A stretch of DNA of 39,865 nucleotides from Akkermansiaceae bacterium (GTDB taxonomy: Bacteria; Verrucomicrobiota; Verrucomicrobiia; Verrucomicrobiales; Akkermansiaceae), in contig JAYWAR010000106.1 in the NCBI GenBank assembly GCA_043782285.1, forward strand, positions 1-39,865. Direction: 5' to 3'. Shown here piece after piece: positions 35,701 through 39,865 of the stretch. The notes under the pieces were generated by a model that saw only the letters and a program-made list of their open reading frames with translations, did no database searches and was not told where the DNA came from. Made by a program: the position numbers and the translations under genes. Numbering within the stretch: the first letter of the stretch is position 1; each line of letters opens with the position of its first letter.

Positions 35701-36904
35701 CCTCGCGGGTAAATTTTATTGGTTCGAGGCTCAACAAAGAGAGGGTTGGGGCGGCGATCATGTCTCAGTTGCTTGGTCGGGTCCTGGGATTTCTCAGGTG
35801 GCGATCCCCGCCAGCGTGATGTTTGCGACGGCATCGGGGCTGAATTTCGAGGGACCTACCCCAGTTGTGTCCAATACCGCGCCCACCCTCAGCCCGCTCA
35901 GCAATCTTACTCTCAGCGAAGACGCGGTATCTGGAGTGATCGCCTTGACGGTAGGTGACGCTGAAACTGCAGCTGCCTCATTGTTGCTTAGCGCCAGTTC
36001 TTCCAATCCCTCTTTGATCCCGAATTCTAGCATCATCCTTGCGGGTAGCGGTGCGAGTCGGACCTTCACCTTGACTCCAGCCAGTAATCAGAATGGCAGT
36101 TCAATCATCAGTCTCACCGTAGATGATGGAATTACCAGCACTACAGGAACTTTCGTCCTCACCGTAACCGCACTCAACGATGCACCTACGATCACCGCGC
36201 TGTCCGATCAGACTTTGCCACTGGCGATCGCTACCAGTGCGCTACCCTTTACGGTTAGTGACACGGAAACTGCCGCGACTGCGCTGATTCTAACGAAATC
36301 TTCGTCTAACTTATCATTAGTCCCGAGCGCCAACATCATCGTGGCTGGAAGTGGGATGAGTCGCACCGTCACGGTCATTGCTGCGGCCAATCAAGTGGGT
36401 AGCACAACGATTACTTTGGGGATCAACGATGGCACAGTGACAACCAACACCCGTTTCGTAGTTAGCGTTACTGGAACCCCGAGCCAGACGTGGAGTCAGC
36501 AGTATTTTGGCTCGATTCTTAGTACCAACAATGCTGCCGATCTGGCTGATCCGGATGGTGATGGGATGAATAACCTACTTGAATACGCTTTGAGTGGTGA
36601 CCCGATCCAAGCCAGTCAAACTCCGCGGCCTCTGGTGAGTCGCAGTGCTTCGCAATTAGCACTGACTTTGACTCGTACCTTGGACCGCAATGATATTACC
36701 ATCACCGTGCAAGCCAGTGATAACGTGGGAACTTGGAGCAACCTTGCAAACAGCGTCAAAGGTGCGGCGATGACCGCGTTGGCATCAGGAGTCACCGTCA
36801 CTGAAACTGGAACGGGTGCGACTCGCAGTGTTCAAGTTAAAGAAAATTACCCGAGTGGTGTACCGACCAAGCGCTTCATGCGGACTTTGGTCACTCGCCC
36901 GTAG
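29759..36904 (+). CDS. Giant secreted multidomain metzincin (M11/gametolysin-like) with PKD, about 7 Calx-beta, 2 PA14, cadherin/Ig-like repeats and a C-terminal domain
   Basis: N-terminal hydrophobic helix; HEAGHSLGINH (31130-31162) and Met-turn EYGNDFDVMG; PKD-like unit; Calx-beta units (GTATNGVDY..D...E..E..T.TI.DDD); PA14 units NYSRRL..YTFWIA(S/G)DD..RLYLS; DPDGDGMNNLLEYAL near the C-terminus. Confidence 0.9.
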   Translation: MMTLKPKQSRRFNIFQILGLIGLVAIGIFWKKFPPDQTHPMAEVQPPRAKPRPAAAAAQIPADAVRQETAAVVPATSKFPNVASRIALPDFTKIEAFQLWSKRWLQANSAQRAALTQEGIALAEVRRAEFKALIVSDPRRALAEAVPRVIRQDLPAAIQNLLEQPVSAKGELNVYFGKAAPGVQIAAADLILHGFEADGVSYVPHFFGQLASITSKKGVPLRGIAIDRDFAVAENAVRSLELGERIETGTTVEQTCPVSGLTSAAITEGETVTLATPTVEIGKRIIQLCDDSHVTVLEDNFRTYIQASGPGGGGFFYDNFPGTSSRAIGNFRCLYIRVTYPDQQIQPITEEQAYADMRDNARFYLENSYGKLTQTATVTSLVTLPHTLAWYKTQTQGQDGLNLIHTDSSAAALALGYDSTQFDCTIVRINDGPLLAGSSWGGGNRVWLTWNGMDVLNHEAGHSLGINHANFWNSLDGTPYGYGENAEYGNDFDVMGNGYGFSAHYNTVSKRLLGWLPDNAIHFAKNNGTYRVYAYDQPTLEEGKRYGLNVAKDSVRQYNLEFHPARGGRLADSALVIYSGMGSNAGHLLDTTQRSPDGKNDGGIAVGRTYSDLEADMHFTVLGVNATTPPSLDITFNRGPFPDNLAPVATLASTATTIAVGGSVTFTATASDANGDALAYRWECADGESGPNGATYTRSFSSAAQVTVMLTVSDMKGGNVRRSVVIEVGNHGKQAVTGTVTAGGLPLSGVYLSNGSKSCFSNTDGTYALAGLSSGSQTFTAVLNGYTLTPTFTNPLTVAVGTNTANWTAIGATTVTLSKVTDAVEGGVSGSFRLTRSGDTSAALVVLVSPVGGTAIKNTDYTFTPDYADSGSFKSFTIPAGAATLDIAVAAIDDIIQEGPESIRLQLAGAVGYLANTNSAVIMTLVDNDSSLPLVSVTAPDPYATEAPSGDTGTFKFSRVGSTTAALNLTVAWSGTATNGVDYATLPTTVTIPAGQNFVNLTLTPSDDTLIEIPEDAIVTIGANSSLYLLDSSSNTATVTITDDDTPVVTVSVPDAIASESGPNSGVFLVTRSGSTNVALKVYYGLSGSALHGTDYAPLNGEVIIPAGAKSAPIVITPYDDDIAEPTEMVTLALANFNDTYSIGIPSQGSLELLDNSDSPLVSVRPGAVGTEGGSNPTFIFHTIGNGSGTINLNYTLSGSATSGSDYTALSGTISVPANGSSDTTLSIPLLDDSLAEATETVILKITPSPNYRIYNDGTAEDVILDNDSGGDRVMISTVNQFPSEAGPVVGTFYISRKATVGSLNVNYAISGTATNGIDYQSLSGSVVIPDGQLGVNLVMTPIDDTGVEGTETVTLTILPGTGYGPDRPTSATYEIADNENSAITVGFQQSSLLTNEKPGILGEYRDIPVLLSATSANTIRVNFTCAGGNAAGDDVDWAFIDAANGNTPIPGGTLTFLPGVTSQNLRIRIKNDNVVEGSEIALLKLQAPYNASLTSGHSQLSVTIFDDLPPTLITEERWNGGSVYNNNTWDSIPADYTSYLSGYTTAQDVAENYSRRLSGQIVAPSTGVYTFWIASDDASRLYLSTDSTAAKKVKIASLSGWTSFQNWDSNPTQKSAAITLTAGQSYYMEVQHQEGGGGDHVSVAWQGPGFSRVPVSNPIPDTAPRTIRMLTAASTRNETDGTEPLLQVLLDRAAGSTPITVNYSASGTAVNGRNYTLPSGILTFATGEQMKAIPLILLADNSAEVTKTIIITLSNPSGANLSSPSSHTIQLIDIATPIVNTVFGTASSSQAINSVVATATATASSGQTITGWSIISGNTGSVFSMNASGQIILVRPTALLNPETIQLSVRAMGSLGLSGDGLVNIICNPGTQAVAEKRWNGDTAFLNQNWSGTASYSGTLATMTALQDIGENYSRRLTSFLKTQTSGDYTFWIAGDDDCRLYLSTDANEANKVLIARVDGHTDFQKWDSNSSQKSVTIPLLAGKFYWFEAQQREGWGGDHVSVAWSGPGISQVAIPASVMFATASGLNFEGPTPVVSNTAPTLSPLSNLTLSEDAVSGVIALTVGDAETAAASLLLSASSSNPSLIPNSSIILAGSGASRTFTLTPASNQNGSSIISLTVDDGITSTTGTFVLTVTALNDAPTITALSDQTLPLAIATSALPFTVSDTETAATALILTKSSSNLSLVPSANIIVAGSGMSRTVTVIAAANQVGSTTITLGINDGTVTTNTRFVVSVTGTPSQTWSQQYFGSILSTNNAADLADPDGDGMNNLLEYALSGDPIQASQTPRPLVSRSASQLALTLTRTLDRNDITITVQASDNVGTWSNLANSVKGAAMTALASGVTVTETGTGATRSVQVKENYPSGVPTKRFMRTLVTRP

Positions 36905-36924
36905 GTGATGGTGAATTCGTCGAA

Positions 36925-36959
36925 TGATTCAAGCGCCGTGGGTTGGTGGCGCTGAATCA
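36925..36959. terminator. Hairpin between convergent genes
   Basis: TGATTC(A)AGCGCC-loop-GGCGCTGAATCA; no U-tract. Confidence 0.45.
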
Positions 36960-36971
36960 GGCGGAGTGGGG

Positions 36972-37775
36972 TCAAAGAGTTTTAGCCAAGGTTTCTACGG
37001 CTGTTAGGAAAGACGGGAACTGAGGCAACCAGCCAGTGGTTTGGAGTTTTTGGCTAGAAACTTGTTTGTGGGTCCAGCCGCGTTTGCGGTTGAGGTCGCG
37101 TGGACCTGAGGGCGGGAGCGGGCGGGAGAAAATTTCGACTAATTTCTGATAACACTCGAGCTGGGTGAGCGGCGTAAAATCGCTGAGATTGAAGATGCCA
37201 AAGGCTTGGGTCGTGGCGAGATGGAAAATCGCGCGGGCGGCATCGTCGCGGTGGATTTGGTTGAGAAAACGCCGCCCGTCCTCTTCGATGACAGCATCGC
37301 CGCTGAGGAATTTCTTCAGAATCACGCTGCGGCCGGGGCCGTAAATTCCGGCGAGCCGGGTGACGCAACCGCCAGCGGTGAGGGTGAGTTGCTCGGCTTT
37401 GAGCAAAAGTGTCCCGGTTTCCCGGTCGGGGATGGCGGGGCTTTCCTCGGTGACGACAGAGCCATCGGTCTGGGCATAAACGGAAGTGCTGGAGGTGAAA
37501 AGTAAGGGCGTCCCTGGAAATTTTGCGACCAGATTGCGGCAACCGGCGACATAAACGTGCTGGTAGGCTTCTGAGCCACCACGGCCGGAAGCGGCGCAGT
37601 GGATGATAAAATCGGCGACGGGTAAATTTGCCACATCGTCGGGATTTCCGACATCACATGAAATCGTGCCCTCGCCGCCGGAAAGTGAGGTAGCTGTAAC
37701 TTGCCAGCCGTGGTCACGAAATTCGCGGGTGATCGCTTGACCGAGGTAGCCATGACCGATGAGTAAAAGTTTCAT
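36972..37775 (-). CDS. NAD-dependent epimerase/dehydratase (atypical SDR, YeeZ-like)
   Basis: MKLLLIGHGYLG, FTSSTSVY, RLAGIYGPGR and NQIHRDDAA. Confidence 0.9.
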   Translation of the reverse strand: MKLLLIGHGYLGQAITREFRDHGWQVTATSLSGGEGTISCDVGNPDDVANLPVADFIIHCAASGRGGSEAYQHVYVAGCRNLVAKFPGTPLLFTSSTSVYAQTDGSVVTEESPAIPDRETGTLLLKAEQLTLTAGGCVTRLAGIYGPGRSVILKKFLSGDAVIEEDGRRFLNQIHRDDAARAIFHLATTQAFGIFNLSDFTPLTQLECYQKLVEIFSRPLPPSGPRDLNRKRGWTHKQVSSQKLQTTGWLPQFPSFLTAVETLAKTL

Positions 37776-37871
37776 GGCGGTAGTTTCAGTGAATGGAATG
37801 GATTTTTCAAGGGGCTGGCAGGAAATTCGCGCTGGGTATTTGAGCAAGACTGCTTAAGCTGTTTTGAGCCA

Positions 37872-38090
37872 ATGGACTTTAGCATTGATCCTTACAATCT
37901 TCTCGCAGGCTTTATTTTTGGGACAATCGGGTGGGGTGCGTTCTCATACGGGCGTAAGCTGGATTTGTGGCAGCCGAAGCTGATTGGAGTGAGTTTGATG
38001 GTTTATCCTTACTTATTTACCAATGCGTGGCTGCTGTGGGGGATTGGAATCAGCCTACTGATTACATTGTGGTTTTACCACGATCAGTAA
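37872..38090 (+). CDS. Small hydrophobic membrane protein
   Basis: 72 aa, three hydrophobic segments (L..G.IFG.IG.GAF.YG.K, G..LMVYPY); fills the gap between divergent genes. Confidence 0.7.
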   Translation: MDFSIDPYNLLAGFIFGTIGWGAFSYGRKLDLWQPKLIGVSLMVYPYLFTNAWLLWGIGISLLITLWFYHDQ

Positions 38091-38146
38091 TGGAATTGGA
38101 TTTGCCTTGGCAGAAGCGAGATTTTTTTCACTAGTTTCCTCCGCCC

Positions 38147-39109
38147 ATGCCAACCGAAGCGATTCTTTCTACTGCCCGCCAATTTCTTGGGGTGGACCCG
38201 ACCGTTCCGATCACCCTGCAACCGATCAAGCGCGGGGCCTCGGGGCGCACAATTGTGCGGGTGAAAACGCCGGTTCATGAGTCCTTTATCGGGATTCATT
38301 GGAACGAGGAGCGCGAGGATAATTCGCAATTCATCCCAGTTGCGCATTTTCTCAAGCAGGCAAAACTGCGAGTGCCGGCGATTCTTCACGAGCGTGCGCG
38401 GCACCGGGTGGTGTTGGTGGAGGACTTGGGAGATGTGGATCTGTTGTCGTTGAAGGAGCGACCCTTTGCCGAGCGGCTGCCGTATTACCGCTCGGCCTTT
38501 GAGCAGGTAGATCGGTTGTTTTACGCCAAGCCGGCTAAGGATTTCCATCTAATGCCACCCTTCGACGCGGCGCTTTATCGGTGGGAGCAAGAGTATTTTT
38601 TTGAATTCATGGTCGAGGATTTTCTTGGGATGGATGCCGACGGGCTCCGTAAAAATGAATCATTCAGCGATCTCGCGCAGCGCCTTGGCACAGTTGCGCG
38701 GCATTTGGTACACCGAGACTTTCAATCGCAAAACTTGCTGATCAAGGATCAACAAGTTTGGCTGATTGACTTTCAAGGTCTGCGCCGCGGTCGCCAAGAA
38801 TACGACCTCGCGTCACTGATTTTCGACCCTTATCTTGACCATTCAGCCGAGGAACGTGAAACGTTGCTGACGCTGTGGGAAGAAATCGCGGATGAACGGC
38901 CCTTGGAGAAATTGTTCCATGAGTGTGCCGCTCAACGCTTGATGCAGGCACTCGGAGCTTACGGCAATATCGTTAAAAACCGAGGTGACGAATGGTATCG
39001 CCCTCACATTACGACGGCGGGCCGACTGCTCGACGAGGTCACCGCAGGCACGCCGTTGCAGCCTTTGCTCGCACCCATTCTCCACGCGATTCGCGACTCA
39101 CAGCGGTGA
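38147..39109 (+). CDS. APH-fold phosphotransferase, AmgK-like (MurNAc/GlcNAc anomeric kinase)
   Basis: GASGR..VR, VEDLGD, LVHRDFQSQNL, IDFQG, YDLASL.FDPY and QRLMQALGAYG. Confidence 0.82.
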   Translation: MPTEAILSTARQFLGVDPTVPITLQPIKRGASGRTIVRVKTPVHESFIGIHWNEEREDNSQFIPVAHFLKQAKLRVPAILHERARHRVVLVEDLGDVDLLSLKERPFAERLPYYRSAFEQVDRLFYAKPAKDFHLMPPFDAALYRWEQEYFFEFMVEDFLGMDADGLRKNESFSDLAQRLGTVARHLVHRDFQSQNLLIKDQQVWLIDFQGLRRGRQEYDLASLIFDPYLDHSAEERETLLTLWEEIADERPLEKLFHECAAQRLMQALGAYGNIVKNRGDEWYRPHITTAGRLLDEVTAGTPLQPLLAPILHAIRDSQR

Positions 39110-39865
39110 TAGGTTCGTTCCATCGCCGTGCATGGGTACTGCTAGTTTCGGCGGCGGTAGGCATTGGGGCTTGGAAATTGCTTCCCGGCACGGCAGTGAA
39201 TCGGATGGCGTTCATCACGGTCGCACGTAGTTTTACCGATCCGCCGCGGCAGTTGGCGGGGCAGGGGACTCCTGAGTCTCCTTGGAAATTGCGGGCCTTC
39301 AAGGCGGATTTGGTGCCCGATTCGGCTCAAGCTCCGGTGCTTGTTGCCTTGGGAAACGATCGGAATGGGGTGTTCCAATCCTCGCCGCTCGCGGCAGTCG
39401 ATCTGGCGGTGATTTTTAGCAATCTCAAAAGACTGGGCGTGAAAAAAGTGGCCTCGGCAGCGCTGCTGGCTTGGGATGCACCCGATCCGATCGGATTGTT
39501 AGCTCTGGAAAAATCGTTGGTCGGTTTTGAATCGTTGGTGATGGCCGCGCCCTTGAGCCGCGGCGCGGTTGCGGCAGTGATGCCGCCTGCTTTTCGGCGG
39601 GCTTCGCTGGCACTTGCGGCGGTCCACGGCAACACCTCAGCCTTGCCGGTGGTGAACCGGGTTCCGATCCCTGATTTGATTTTGGGCGGCGAAACCGCGA
39701 CGGCCGGGTTTTCGCTACTGGAATCCGAGTCGCCGACGCTGTTGAGCCCACTGCTCGCCCGTTGGGAAGATCGGGTGATTTTGGCCTTTCCGCTGCTCAC
39801 GGTGTTGCAACGCTTAAATCTGCCACCGACGGGGGTAGAGGTGCGGCTTGGGGAATTTCTAAAGC
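39106..39865 (+). CDS. Hypothetical membrane-anchored protein, runs off the window end; weak CHASE2-like pattern
   Basis: Not in the ORF track. GTG overlaps the upstream TGA (GTGA); the frame reads VIGSFHRRAWVLLVSAAVGIGAWKLLP..SSPLAAVDLAVIFSNLKRLGVKKVA.. and appears open to the window edge. Confidence 0.7.
   Translation, partial: MIGSFHRRAWVLLVSAAVGIGAWKLLPGTAVNRMAFITVARSFTDPPRQLAGQGTPESPWKLRAFKADLVPDSAQAPVLVALGNDRNGVFQSSPLAAVDLAVIFSNLKRLGVKKVASAALLAWDAPDPIGLLALEKSLVGFESLVMAAPLSRGAVAAVMPPAFRRASLALAAVHGNTSALPVVNRVPIPDLILGGETATAGFSLLESESPTLLSPLLARWEDRVILAFPLLTVLQRLNLPPTGVEVRLGEFLK

Noticed and set aside
38147-39109. Aminoglycoside resistance phosphotransferase
   Set aside because: HRDFQSQN/IDFQ/YDLASL motifs fit AmgK-like sugar kinases; core-genome context.

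Overview
Chromosomal window from a Verrucomicrobiota bacterium; Luteolibacter/Akkermansiaceae-like is an inference from the long LepB, type-B L31, lineage-typical hypothetical proteins and the C-terminal domain of the giant secreted protein. It holds about 34 CDSs and one tRNA-Arg(CCT). Most genes are housekeeping: squalene/phytoene synthase, lepB, dgt, rplI, a NarL-type two-component pair, cymR-like/cysE, M16 peptidase, CLC-F fluoride exporter, cysJ-like flavoprotein, nuoA, rpmE2, hisF, pheS/pheT and an AmgK-like kinase. I found no integrase, transposase, cas gene or CRISPR array. Highlights: (1) a two-gene unit of a small (292 aa) beta-barrel with a TonB-box-like N-terminus plus its own TonB, behind a palindromic operator, which is a candidate 'mini' TonB-dependent uptake system; (2) a 2381-aa secreted metzincin with a YHS/TRASH-like Cys motif, Calx-beta and PA14 arrays and a putative lineage-specific C-terminal sorting domain; (3) a CymR-like repressor and cysE whose start codons overlap head-to-head, both ending in CysK-docking-type Ile tails; (4) a decayed fluoride riboswitch ahead of the CLC-F gene; (5) at least eight genes with a fixed -35/-10/5-7 nt/start geometry suggesting leaderless mRNAs; (6) an SPFH-HTH fusion, REP-like repeats and a high-GC pheS-pheT block split by a TerB-like gene. 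All calls come from reading motifs by eye; no searches were run.
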